A stretch of 64,000 nt of DNA from an uncultured Acidobacteriaceae bacterium (GTDB taxonomy: Bacteria; Acidobacteriota; Terriglobia; Terriglobales; Acidobacteriaceae): the NCBI GenBank assembly GCA_963702285.1, contig CAVPCB010000078.1, positions 7,004 through 71,003 on the forward strand. Direction: 5' to 3'. Below, piece after piece: positions 11,922 through 21,424 of the stretch (the first letter of the stretch is position 1; every line of letters starts with the position of its first letter). The notes beneath the pieces were generated by a model. That model saw only the letters and a program-made list of their open reading frames with translations, was not told the origin of the DNA and did no database searches. The position numbers and the translations under genes were made by a program.

Positions 11922-13797
11922 TCAGGCGACCCCTGCCGGAACTTCCGCGACAATGCCGTCGATCATCGCCTCGTACTGATCCAGGCGCCACCCGTTCACC
12001 TGAATCGCGCGGCTCGGACAGACCGCCACGCACGCGCCACATCCCACGCACAGCCCCGGATTCACCCGCGCCCGGCGCAGCGTGCGGCCGTCTTCCACCA
12101 CGTCCACCATTTGCAGCGCGCCATCGTATTCGCACTGCGTCAGGCACTGTCCCGCGCCTTCACACAGCGATGCGTTCACCTCGGCCACGTAGGGATTCAG
12201 CTCAACGGCATCGTGCGCGAACATCGCCGCCGCCTTCACCGCTGCAGCGCCGGCTGCGGAAAGCGTCTCGCGAATGTCCATCGGCGCCTGCGCCGTGCCC
12301 GCCAGCAGCACGCCGTTGACGGAGACTTCCACCGGCCGCAGTTTCGGATGCACTTCCTGAAGGAACCGGTCCTCCCCCGTCGGCAGCTTGATGCTGTCCA
12401 CCAGTTCAGGAATCGCATTCGGCACCATGCCCGTGGCCAGCACCACCATGTCCACCGGCAACCGCAATTCCTCGCCCCACGTGAGCGTGTCCTTCACGCG
12501 TACCGCCAAAGGCGTCTGTCGAGCGGCGCTTCCGTCGGCGCGCTCCACCACCGGCGGCTCCTCGCCGCGATAACGGAAGAAGACCACCCCAGCCTCGCTG
12601 GCCGTCCGGTAATAATCTTCGGCACCCCGAGCGTAGGTGCGAATGTCCTGATACAGATCGAAGACCGCTGTCTCGGGAAAACCCCGGCGCAGCGCAATCT
12701 CCTGCTGCAGCGCGGTTGTGCAGCAGACCCGCGAACAGTAGGTGTTCAGGCGGCCGTCCGGACCCGGCGTATGAACGTCGTCGATCTGCCGGCTGCCCAC
12801 GCAGTGAATAAACGCCACGCTGCGAATCGCTCGTCCCTCGACCCGCAGCGTTTTCGTCCCGGCATCGGCATTCTTAAGCAGCTGAATGAAGTCCGGCATC
12901 GTCACCACGCCCGGTTCCGTCGCGTACAAAAACTCACCCTCGGCCGGAACGTAAGGCCGGAACCCGGTGGCGATGATCAGCGCGCCCGCCGTCAGCGACG
13001 TCATAGCCGATTGCCCCTCAGGGCCAAACTTCCCTTCGATCGTGACCTGAAAATTGCCCACAAACCCGCTGACCGTCTTTACGCGGCTGTTCAGCAGAAC
13101 TTCAATGTGCGCGTTGCTCTCCACTTCCTTGCGCAGCTCGGCAACAATTTCTTCCGCGTCGGCTTCTGTCGGATACACAGCGCCCCGCCCCAGCAACCTT
13201 CCGCCCAGCGCGCCCGGTGCTCTCCACCAGCACCACATGCACGCCGCAGCCCGCCAGCTCCGCAGCCGCTTTCATGCCGGCGATGCCGCCACCCACCACC
13301 AAAGCAATACGATGATTCGGCAGCCGGATCTGATCGAGCGGTGCATCGCGACGCGCCTTGCCCACCGCCGCTGAAACCATGCGGATGGCCTTCTCCGTCG
13401 CTCCCGCCGGATCGTGCCGGTGTGCCCATGAGCACTGCTCGCGCAGATTGGCGTGCTCGTAGAGGTAAGGATTCATCCCACCCCGCACCACCGCGCCCCG
13501 GAACGTCGACTCATGCAGAAAGGGCGTGCAGGAAGCCACCACCACCCGATTCACGCCGTGCGTCAGGATGTCTTCCGTGATCATCTGCTGACCCGGATCC
13601 GAACACATAAAAGTGTGAATCTTCGCCGTGGCCACGCCAGGGATCTGCCGTGCCGCCTCCGCCACGCGCTCCACATCCACCACGTCGCCGATGTTGCCGC
13701 CGCATTGGCAGATATAAACGCCGATCTTCGCCTGCTCCTCGCAGCGCTCGCAGCCCGGCGTGATTTCCGCTTGTTTCCCTTCTGCGCGATCGCTCAT
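11922..13797 (-). pseudogene. long HdrA-like FAD/FeS oxidoreductase (QmoB/HdrA type), interrupted by one frameshift
   Basis: The N-terminal part (MSDRAEG...IGVYICQCGGNIGDVVD...VVGGGIAGMKAAAELAGCGVHVVLVE) is in one frame and the rest (APGALGGRLL...CVGCGACVAVCPSRAI) is in the next. Total span is 1876 nt, which is 3n+1. The ATGA start/stop overlaps the upstream hdrA-like gene. Confidence 0.8.
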
Positions 13798-15113
13798 ACC
13801 AGCGCCTCCACGGGCTCTTGTTGCTGTTGCCGCAGCCACCGCGTCACCTGCATGGCGGCCGCACCGGCTTCCGCAATGGTGTCCACAATGTCCTTGGGTC
13901 CGGCCGCGGCCCCCGCCACAAAGATCCCAGGCACCGAGGTCGCCGACGGGGAGGTCAGCGATGTTGTCGCCACAAAGCCGTCCGGACCGGGATGCACCGG
14001 CGTACAAGTCTCCGCGTGCCACTCCGGAATCATCCCCTGCGCCAGCACCACCAGATCGTGCCGGCACGATCCCACCGAGTCCGCCGCGTCCTCGGTGCGC
14101 TCCACGTGCAGCATCAGGTCGCCGTCTTCGCCCGGGACGATGCGCGCCACCTTGCCGCGCACGAAATTGATGCCCATCGCCTTCGCGTTCTGATAAAACG
14201 TCTCGTACCCTTTGCCGAACGCGCGAATATCCATGTAGTAGATCGTGATGTCCGCAATGGGCAGCGCTCCGGACAGCAGCATGGCCTGCTTGATCGCGTA
14301 CATGCAGCACACCCGCGAACAATACGGCACCCCGATCGAGGCGTCGCGCGAACCCGCGCACTGCACAAACGCGATCGTGCCTGGAATTTTTCCATCCGAT
14401 GGCCGCAGCACCCGGCCGTACGGTCCGTGCGGCGCCAGCAGCCGCTCCATGGTCAGCGCGGAGATGATGTTCTTGCTGCGCTCGGCGTTGTACTGCGGCT
14501 TCAGCGTCATCGCGTTGAGCGCGAATCCAGAGGCCAGCACCACCGCGCCCGCCTCGATCTCCACCGTCTCCGGCTGCTGATCGAATTCAATCGCCCCCGT
14601 CGGGCACACGCGCGCGCACGTTCCACAGGTGCCGCACACCTCCGGATTCAGCACCGCCTTCTGTGGAATCGCGTTGGTGAACGGAACCGCAATCGCCCGC
14701 GTGGCGCCCAGCGAAGCGTCAAACGGATCCACGCATTCCGTATCGCACGCGTACTCGCACAGCCGGCAGCCGATGCACTTTTCGTTATTCACATAGGTGG
14801 GCTTGCGCGTCACACGAACCCGATGCCCCAGGTCCGCCGGCTCAATCCCATCCACCACCGTGCTGGTCAGGATCTCAATATTGGGGTGATGCGCCGCCGC
14901 CGACATCTTCGGAGTCGTGATGCAGCTGGCGCAGTCCAGCGTGGGAAACACCTTGCTCAGCGCGATCATGTGGCCGCCGATGCTCGACTGCTGTTCGCAG
15001 ATCAGTACCTTCTGTCCCTGATCCGCCAGGTCGAGCGCCGCCTGCAATCCGGCGATGCCCCCGCCCACCACCAGGACATCGACGCGGCCGGATTCCAGCG
15101 AGCGAATCATCAT
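13794..15113 (-). CDS. HdrA-like FAD/FeS oxidoreductase (QmoA/HdrA type)
   Basis: 439 aa from MMIRSLE, with GGAGGG upstream. Contains VVGGGIAGLQAALDLA, FPTLDCASCITTPK, two ferredoxin motifs (CIGCRLCEYAC, CGTCGTCARVCP) and YCSRVCCMY. Confidence 0.85.
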   Translation of the reverse strand: MMIRSLESGRVDVLVVGGGIAGLQAALDLADQGQKVLICEQQSSIGGHMIALSKVFPTLDCASCITTPKMSAAAHHPNIEILTSTVVDGIEPADLGHRVRVTRKPTYVNNEKCIGCRLCEYACDTECVDPFDASLGATRAIAVPFTNAIPQKAVLNPEVCGTCGTCARVCPTGAIEFDQQPETVEIEAGAVVLASGFALNAMTLKPQYNAERSKNIISALTMERLLAPHGPYGRVLRPSDGKIPGTIAFVQCAGSRDASIGVPYCSRVCCMYAIKQAMLLSGALPIADITIYYMDIRAFGKGYETFYQNAKAMGINFVRGKVARIVPGEDGDLMLHVERTEDAADSVGSCRHDLVVLAQGMIPEWHAETCTPVHPGPDGFVATTSLTSPSATSVPGIFVAGAAAGPKDIVDTIAEAGAAAMQVTRWLRQQQQEPVEALV

Positions 15114-15139
15114 CCGTCCCTCCTTTGCGGGCTCTGCCC

Positions 15140-15628
15140 TCAGGCAGCTCCCGGCAGCGCTGCGTTCCGCAGCCGTGTGCGCGATTCCGCTTCCAGCTGT
15201 GCCGCCAGCACGCGGTTCACCGGCCCCCGTGCCGCCAGTTCCTCGTTCAGCATCGAGACCTCTTTCAGAAACGCCTTGATGCAGACTGTGCAGATGGCTG
15301 TGAGGCGAATGCGCGCCGTCTCCAGGCCCCCGTCCTTCATCCGGATCGTCATGTCGTCGATCCGCCGCGCCAGGCGGTCGTACGCCCCGCGATACGGACA
15401 GTCCGACCCGCACGCCGCGATCAGAATCCCGTCCACCCCGCGGCTCCATGCGTGCAGATAAAAGTCTTCGGGAAACAGCGCCGGCGAAGGAACCCGCAGG
15501 ATATAGACATTCGCGCCATATTCCAGGTGCGCTTTGCCCACCGCATCCGCTCCCGGATACGCACAGCGCTCCGTCGCCAGCACCAGAATCTTCGGAATAT
15601 AAGAACCGTTCTCCATACGACCCCTCAT
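15140..15628 (-). CDS. MvhD/FlpD-like hydrogenase iron-sulfur subunit family protein
   Basis: 162 aa with ILVLATERCAYPGADAVG...ACGSDCPY, typical of the methyl-viologen-reducing hydrogenase delta-subunit fold. An alternative start is at 15616. Confidence 0.7.
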   Translation of the reverse strand: MRGRMENGSYIPKILVLATERCAYPGADAVGKAHLEYGANVYILRVPSPALFPEDFYLHAWSRGVDGILIAACGSDCPYRGAYDRLARRIDDMTIRMKDGGLETARIRLTAICTVCIKAFLKEVSMLNEELAARGPVNRVLAAQLEAESRTRLRNAALPGAA

Positions 15629-15660
15629 GCCCGCGTGAGCGCCAGGCCTCCCGGCGCGTA

Positions 15661-15912
15661 CTACTTTTTTCTGCGCACAAACAGCCGGTCGTGTCCCTCC
15701 GCCTCCGTGCAGCCCAGAAATTCATGCCCGACTTTGCCCGCCCATGCCGGAATGTCTTTCCTCGACCCCTTGTCGTTCGATTTGATTTCGATGACCTGGC
15801 CCACCTTGATGGCGCCCATGCCCTTCTTCGCTTCCAGCAGCGGCCCCGGACACGCCGTACCCCGCGCGTCGATGACCTTGTCTGCCGTGATCGTTGCCGT
15901 TGCTTCGCTCAT
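15661..15912 (-). CDS. tusA: TusA/SirA-family sulfurtransferase
   Basis: 83 aa with the conserved DARGTACPGP active-site Cys motif. Confidence 0.85.
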   Translation of the reverse strand: MSEATATITADKVIDARGTACPGPLLEAKKGMGAIKVGQVIEIKSNDKGSRKDIPAWAGKVGHEFLGCTEAEGHDRLFVRRKK

Positions 15913-15960
15913 CTGACTCCTCCAATTTCGTTGCCTTCGCGCGTCTCGAAGACACGCCCG

Positions 15961-17298
15961 CTAAAAGCTCTTGCCAAACCCGATCGTTACCGAGTTCTCC
16001 GACATCTTGCTCGTCACGCTGGTCCCCGGAATCGCTCCCTGCGCGGAGATCCACGGGCCGGTGATTGAATTCTGGAAGGCGTGATAGTACGTCACTACGG
16101 CATCCCACCCATGCATGTGCTGGATAATGCCGCCCGAGACGTGATGCTGCACAATCGCCGGAGCCGGCGTATTGAAAAACGTGTACTCAGCCGGAATCGG
16201 ATTGCCCGAGTAGTTGTAGCCGACCATCAGCTTGGTCGATGCAGCCACCCTCTGCTGCACGCCCCCGCCCACCGCCCAGATGTTGTGCCATCCAAAACCG
16301 GCGAGCGAGCCGTCGGCTTTGTATCCGACCTTGTCGAAGCCCGCGGTATTCGCGTAGTCAAACCAGCGAAGATCGACGCCCAACAGCGTGCCCCTGCGCG
16401 CTGCAACGCCCGCGCCCACAGAAACCACCTGCGGCAGATCCATGTGGAAGTTCATCGCGTGCGATGCCCCGGTCAGATCCTTGCGATTCCAGGAGAATTT
16501 CTGAAACCACACTGGTGACCGCCACGAGAGGCCAATTTTCACCGGACCCGCCACATAGTGAACTCCCGCGCTTGCGCCCAGGCCCGGAGCCGGCGCATTG
16601 TTTCCCGCTGAGAGGTAGTAGGGCATTGTGCTGCCCGCCATCACCGGCGGCGAGAACGGCGCAGGAATCACCTGCAGCATCGAGAGCGCCGGAATGATCG
16701 AGAACCCCGCCGAGAGCCGCTCGGTAAACTCACGCGAGACTCCCATCGGAACTGTCACCAGCATGTAGTTCGACCGGATGCGCCCGAAACCAAATCCATT
16801 CGGCGCCTGCGGTGTCAGGATCGGATTCGAGAATGTCGTGTTCTGGTCATAGTCCACGCCGAAACCACTCACTCCCAGCATCGCCGCGTGATAGGCATTG
16901 GGACTGCCCAGGCGATGGTAGATAAAAGAAAATCCCGGCATCAGCGAAGTATCGGTATGGCTAACCGTCGTTCCGCTCAGCGTGCCGGCAGGCATGCCAG
17001 GCCCAAACGCATTCGCATCCACCGTGCTGCTCAGCGAACGCCAGGGCGTGAAGATGGTCCCGTGAAACTCGAAACGAAAACCGGAAAACCTCGTCGCGCA
17101 GGCAGGGTTCCACGCAATCGAGCCCGTCGCATCCAGGCACAGCCCCGTGTCCGCTCCGCCCATGGCTTCATTCACTGGACCTGCGCCATGGAGAAAATGC
17201 CCATCGGTTGCCAACAGAGCGGTTGGACAGAGGAGCAACAAAAGCATCGTGAACACGAAGCCTGCATTGGAGCGGGACCAGAAAATGCGCGTTGTCAT
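15961..17298 (-). CDS. outer membrane transport protein, OMPP1/FadL/TodX family
   Basis: Signal peptide, GAGPVNEAMGGADTG N-terminal motif, alternating beta-strand pattern, C-terminal ...GFGKSF. Confidence 0.8.
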   Translation of the reverse strand: MTTRIFWSRSNAGFVFTMLLLLLCPTALLATDGHFLHGAGPVNEAMGGADTGLCLDATGSIAWNPACATRFSGFRFEFHGTIFTPWRSLSSTVDANAFGPGMPAGTLSGTTVSHTDTSLMPGFSFIYHRLGSPNAYHAAMLGVSGFGVDYDQNTTFSNPILTPQAPNGFGFGRIRSNYMLVTVPMGVSREFTERLSAGFSIIPALSMLQVIPAPFSPPVMAGSTMPYYLSAGNNAPAPGLGASAGVHYVAGPVKIGLSWRSPVWFQKFSWNRKDLTGASHAMNFHMDLPQVVSVGAGVAARRGTLLGVDLRWFDYANTAGFDKVGYKADGSLAGFGWHNIWAVGGGVQQRVAASTKLMVGYNYSGNPIPAEYTFFNTPAPAIVQHHVSGGIIQHMHGWDAVVTYYHAFQNSITGPWISAQGAIPGTSVTSKMSENSVTIGFGKSF

Positions 17299-17487
17299 GG
17301 ATGGCCTTCCTCACGAACCCCCCCGACTCGGCGCGACGCACCGGCGAGAGATTCCTGAGGAAGACAGGGCACGTCAGGGACCGAAGTGCCGACGTTGCGT
17401 TTTGAATGGCTTGAGAGTGGAGCAGAACTCAGGACGAAACGTTATGTTGCACGAAAACGTCGCAGATGAAACATCCTGTCGGGTCGC

Positions 17488-18936
17488 CTACTGGAGCTTC
17501 AGCTCCCTGATCCTGCGCCAGAGCGTCGACCGGCTCAGCCCCAGTTCCCGCGCCGCCTCGGCTCTTTTCCAATGATGCTTTTCCAGTGCTGCCAGCAAAC
17601 GCAGGGCTTCCGCGTCCCGCACCTCGGGTTCGACCTGCCTCAGTTGCGGGTCCGTACCCGTCTCTTCCTCGCCTGCGCCCGCTCCGCCAAGGGGATGCAG
17701 GATCTCCTGCGGCAGGTCCTCCGGAAGAATCGTCTCCCCGCGCGCCACCGCCACTCCATATTCGATGACGTTGGCCAGCTCGCGCACATTGCCCGGCCAC
17801 GCATAATCCAGCAGGATGCGCATCGCCTGCGGTGAAATGCGCCTCACCAGGCCACGCTGGGCCGTGATGCGGCTCAGCAAATGATGCACCAGCGGCGGAA
17901 TATCTTCGCGGCGCTCCCGCAGCGGCGGTACCTCCAGCGGCACCACGCACAGCCGATAATACAGATCTTCGCGGATCTTTCCCTGGCGTAATGCACAGCG
18001 CAGGTCGGCGTTGGTCGCCGCAATGATGCGTGCGTGCGTCGTCCTCGTCGCGCTTTCCCCCACCCGCTCGTACTGCCCTTCCTGCAGCACCCGCAGCAGC
18101 TTCACCTGCAGTTGCGGCGGAAGCTCCCCAATCTCATCGAGGAACAGCGTTCCCTGCGAGGCCAGCTCGAATCGACCAATCCGTTCGCGCACCGCCCCCG
18201 TAAATGCCCCACGCACATGCCCGAACAGTTCCGACTCCAGCAGATCGGCGGGCAGTGCCGCGCAGTTCACCGCCACGAACGGTCCGCCGCGGCGCGGTGA
18301 ACTCTGGTGAACCGCTCGCGCCACCACCTCTTTTCCAGCCCCGCTTTCTCCGGTGACCAGCACCGTGGCTTCGCTGTGTTGCAGAGTCTCGACCAGCCGA
18401 AAAATCCGCTGCATCGCCGGCGAACACCCCACCACACCGGAACAGAAGACCGGCGAGTCGGGGCAGGACTGCTCCTGTTCGGCCGGCCGCAGCAGGATCA
18501 GGAAACGCACCAGCGGATCGCAAATCTCGGAGTGATCCGTGACCATAGGGGCCGTGGTGATCGAAACCAGCCGCGGTCCGAAATCTTCGAACCGCAGCGT
18601 TGCCCGCCATCCTTCGCGCACCTGCCCATCCAGCAAAGCCTGGCGGAGCTGGCCGCGTGTGCCAAATAAATCTTCGCCCAGCAGCTCTTCCACCGGGCGT
18701 CCCGGCAACTTCGCCGCAACCCCCGGGCCAAGAAAATCGTTCAGCAGCTTCGAAACGTGCACGATGCGGAACGATGGGTCGAGACAGATAAAGGCCCGAC
18801 CGACCGAAGCCAGCGCGCGCGTGATGCCGTGCAAGGCCGCCTCGGTCAACTGGCTCAGCGACGGCTCACACCGGCTTGCAGCGTCCGTTGCAACAGCGGA
18901 GGCCATCTTCGAACTTCCTTCCTGCCCAACCCACAC
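17488..18936 (-). CDS. sigma54-dependent transcriptional activator (PAS + AAA+ + Fis-type HTH)
   Basis: Walker [15 protein letters not shown] loop, ELFGH, and a C-terminal HTH ([19 protein letters not shown]). Confidence 0.9.
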   Translation of the reverse strand: MWVGQEGSSKMASAVATDAASRCEPSLSQLTEAALHGITRALASVGRAFICLDPSFRIVHVSKLLNDFLGPGVAAKLPGRPVEELLGEDLFGTRGQLRQALLDGQVREGWRATLRFEDFGPRLVSITTAPMVTDHSEICDPLVRFLILLRPAEQEQSCPDSPVFCSGVVGCSPAMQRIFRLVETLQHSEATVLVTGESGAGKEVVARAVHQSSPRRGGPFVAVNCAALPADLLESELFGHVRGAFTGAVRERIGRFELASQGTLFLDEIGELPPQLQVKLLRVLQEGQYERVGESATRTTHARIIAATNADLRCALRQGKIREDLYYRLCVVPLEVPPLRERREDIPPLVHHLLSRITAQRGLVRRISPQAMRILLDYAWPGNVRELANVIEYGVAVARGETILPEDLPQEILHPLGGAGAGEEETGTDPQLRQVEPEVRDAEALRLLAALEKHHWKRAEAARELGLSRSTLWRRIRELKLQ

Positions 18937-19223
18937 CAGTTTGTGCCGTACTACAGCGGTTGTAGGTGATCCTGGTCACAGAAAGGAGCAAGCGGCGGTC
19001 GGAAACCGGTTGGGGCGATGGATGCGGATAGCTATCGATGAACGCAGTTCTCCACCCATCCCGCGGCATTCACGGATTCATAGAGCGTCCAGATGCGGGA
19101 ATTCCTGTCGTCGACGGCGCTGTGAAGATCGCGCCGGAACACCGGGACCCACTCGTTCCCTGAGCCGGCTTTCACCGCGATAACGCGGGTAACATTCAGA
19201 TTGCAGGAAGGTTGCTGCTAAAT

Positions 19224-19310
19224 TGGTGCCGAAGAAGGGACTCGAACCCCCACACCCTTGCGAGTACGTGGACCTGAACCACGCGCGTCTGCCAATTCCG
19301 CCACTTCGGC
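19224..19310 (-). tRNA. tRNA-Leu (anticodon CAG), CCA encoded
   Basis: 87-nt cloverleaf: GCCGAAG acceptor, anticodon loop TTCAGGT, long variable arm, GGTTCGAGTCC T-arm, encoded terminal CCA. Confidence 0.9.
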
Positions 19311-19527
19311 ACGGATAGAATTCGGCGCGGCTCCAGGCTCCTGAACCGGCAAACGTTAACCGGCTGCGGGCGCGCCAAACAGGCAATGAACTGATTCTAT
19401 CGTATTCCCCGGCCCGCCGCGAGAGCCACGGATCACGCTGGACGCCAGCAACTCCTGGTGTTACAAAGGCATCCACCCGTGTCCAACCCCGCGCACATGG
19501 CGCTCGGACACGCATTTTCCTTCAGGA

Positions 19528-19773
19528 TTGCCCCCCTTCATGACCTCACCTTTGCAGCCCAAGTCGATTCCCGAGCAGCAGGCCAAAGAAATCCGGCGCC
19601 TCTCCCATGACCTCAGCAACGCCCTCGAAATCGTCCTGCAGACCAGCTTCCTCCTTGGCACCATCCCCCTCGACGACGACGCAAAAAAGTGGCACTCCAT
19701 GCTCGACAACGGCGTCCAGCAGGCCGCCGAAATCAACCGCCAGCTCCGCGAGTTCGTCCGCGGCAACAGCTGA
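19528..19773 (+). CDS. small stand-alone HisKA/DHp-like (H-box) protein
   Basis: 81 aa with H-box-like EIRRLSHDLSNALEIV and a second helix. No sensor or ATPase domain. Confidence 0.4.
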   Translation: MPPFMTSPLQPKSIPEQQAKEIRRLSHDLSNALEIVLQTSFLLGTIPLDDDAKKWHSMLDNGVQQAAEINRQLREFVRGNS

Positions 19774-19874
19774 GGTCGCCCAGCCCGCACTCACCCCGGC
19801 CCCGCCACCCTCTATAAGGATGAGATAATAGACACAGCTGTCAGGAGATCCTTTCCTCGACCGCCGTCCAAAAT

Positions 19875-20227
19875 GGGGGCGTCACGGTTTCGACGGGATT
19901 GCTTGCGGCATAGAGGCATGCCGGGGTCTGGGCACCCGTAATCGCCTGGAAAACCATAATTGCCAACACCAATCAGCTGGCATACGCAGCCTAATTAGTT
20001 AGACTGCCGTTCTCCTCGGCTTCGCCCTTGGGCTGAGAGCAGGACGTCGAACAGAGGGCTGGTTGCCGACCCTCGGTCCGTGGGCCGGCAGCGAGATCAT
20101 CGGACTAGTTTCCGGCGTTTCTTGTCCGCTCTAAGCGCCGAAAGCGAAACTTCCGAACGGACTGAGCATGGAGTCTCTCTGCTGTCAACGATTTCGGACG
20201 CGGGTTCGACTCCCGCCGCCTCCACCA
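19875..20227 (+). ncRNA. ssrA: tmRNA (ssrA)
   Basis: 5' GGGGGCGTCACGGTTTCGACGGG and 3' GGACGCGGGTTCGACTCCCGCCGCCTCCACCA, acceptor stem with G3:U. Tag ORF at 19962-19994 encodes ANTNQLAYAA followed by TAA. Confidence 0.9.
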
Positions 20228-20237
20228 GCCTTCGCGA

Positions 20238-20760
20238 AGCGAAGGCTGTCGCGCCGAAGCAAAGCGTAGGCGGACCAATCATGGAAAGCGAAGGCTGTCG
20301 CGCCGAAGCAAAGCGTAGGCGGACCAATCATGGAAAGCGAAGGCTGTCGCGCCGAAGCAAAGCGTAGGCGGACCAATCATGGAAAGCGAAGGCTGTCGCG
20401 CCGAAGCAAAGCGTAGGCGGACCAATCATGGAAAGCGAAGGCTGTCGCGCCGAAGCAAAGCGCAGGCGGACCAATCATGGAAAGCGAAGGCTGTCGCGCC
20501 GAAGCAAAGCGTAGGCGGACCCATCATGGAAAGCGAAGGCTGTCGCGCCGGAGCAAAGCGTAGGCGGACCCATCATGGAAAGCGAAGGCTGTCGCGCCGG
20601 AGCAAAGCGCAGGCGGACCAATCATGGAAAGCGAAGGCTGTCGCGCCGAAGCAAAGCGTAGGCGGACCAATCATGGAAAGCGAAGGCTGCCGCGCCGGAG
20701 CAAAGCGCAGGCACATGCGTAGCGAAGGCTGTCGCGCCGAAGCAAAGCGTAGGCGGACCA
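20238..20760. repeat. 49-bp tandem repeat, about 10 full copies plus 1 partial
   Basis: Unit AGCGAAGGCTGTCGCGCCGAAGCAAAGCGTAGGCGGACCAATCATGGAA starts at 20238, 20287, 20336 ... 20679 and 20721. A few SNP variants occur. Confidence 0.95.
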
Positions 20761-20789
20761 CACAGGCAGATGGCGAAGGCGGACAAATC

Positions 20790-21029
20790 ATGAAATACGT
20801 CTACATCCTCCAGAGCCTCGCTCCAGAAGAGCATTTCTATACGGGGATCACCGACGACCTCGATGCCCGACTGGCAAAACACAATTCCGGCGCTGTAACG
20901 CATACTTCAGAGTTCCGCCCATGGCGTATCAAGAGCTATATCGCGTTTACAGATGAGGCTCGTGCGACTGCTTTTGAAACGTACCTGAAGTCCGGCTCAG
21001 GCCGCGCATTTGCGAAAGCCAGGCTCTAA
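20790..21029 (+). CDS. GIY-YIG nuclease family protein (small, UPF0213-like)
   Basis: 79 aa from MKYVYILQS...HFYTGITDDLDARLAKHN. The track ORF fuses it in-frame to the repeat array. Confidence 0.75.
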   Translation: MKYVYILQSLAPEEHFYTGITDDLDARLAKHNSGAVTHTSEFRPWRIKSYIAFTDEARATAFETYLKSGSGRAFAKARL

Positions 21030-21086
21030 GCCACCAGCGAGTTGGTAGACTCCGTACATTCCGGCGCCTGCTCGAAGGAGAAATCC

Positions 21087-21401
21087 ATGGACTATACATT
21101 TCTCGCAGACCTGCACAAAGAATTCGCGCCACCCGAAAACGGAATCCTCAGCCGGATCCTCCACAAAGACGAAAAGGTGAACGTCACCCTGTTTGGCTTC
21201 TCGTCCGGGCAGGAACTCTCCGCACACTCAGCCCCAACTCCCGCCATCCTCTATTTTTTAGACGGAAACGCCGAAGTCCAGTTGGGAGAGGATAAGGTCA
21301 ACGCCCAGGCAGGCTCATTTGTCTACATGCCTCCCATGTTGACGCACGCCATCTCCGCAAAATCTCCGGTCAGGATGCTGCTGATTCAGATCAAGGCCTG
21401 A
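21087..21401 (+). CDS. cupin domain protein
   Basis: 104 aa from MDYTFL with AGGAG upstream. Cupin-like motifs GQELSAHSAP...YFLDG and YMPPMLTHAI. Confidence 0.7.
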   Translation: MDYTFLADLHKEFAPPENGILSRILHKDEKVNVTLFGFSSGQELSAHSAPTPAILYFLDGNAEVQLGEDKVNAQAGSFVYMPPMLTHAISAKSPVRMLLIQIKA

Positions 21402-21424
21402 GCCCGCGGAGTCTTCGGAAACCT

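Noticed and set aside
17299-17487. A sigma54 (-24 TGGCAC / -12 TTGC) promoter in front of the FadL/TusA/Hdr operon, expected because of the adjacent enhancer-binding protein.
   Set aside because: Reading the minus strand I found only GGCACTTCGGTCCCTG, which lacks the GC of the -12 element at the right spacing. No convincing match is present, and the target promoter may be elsewhere.
20238-20760. The 49-bp array as a CRISPR array.
   Set aside because: The units are directly head-to-tail with no spacers, and no cas genes are present.
20379-21029. The 216-aa ORF fusing repeat-derived sequence to the GIY-YIG domain as a real long protein.
   Set aside because: The 49-nt period forces a 3-unit (147-nt) cycle through all frames, and the sequence is Arg/Lys/Ala-rich. 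A good start codon (MKYVYILQS) sits at the conserved N-terminus of the nuclease domain. It is kept only as a caveat in the finding.
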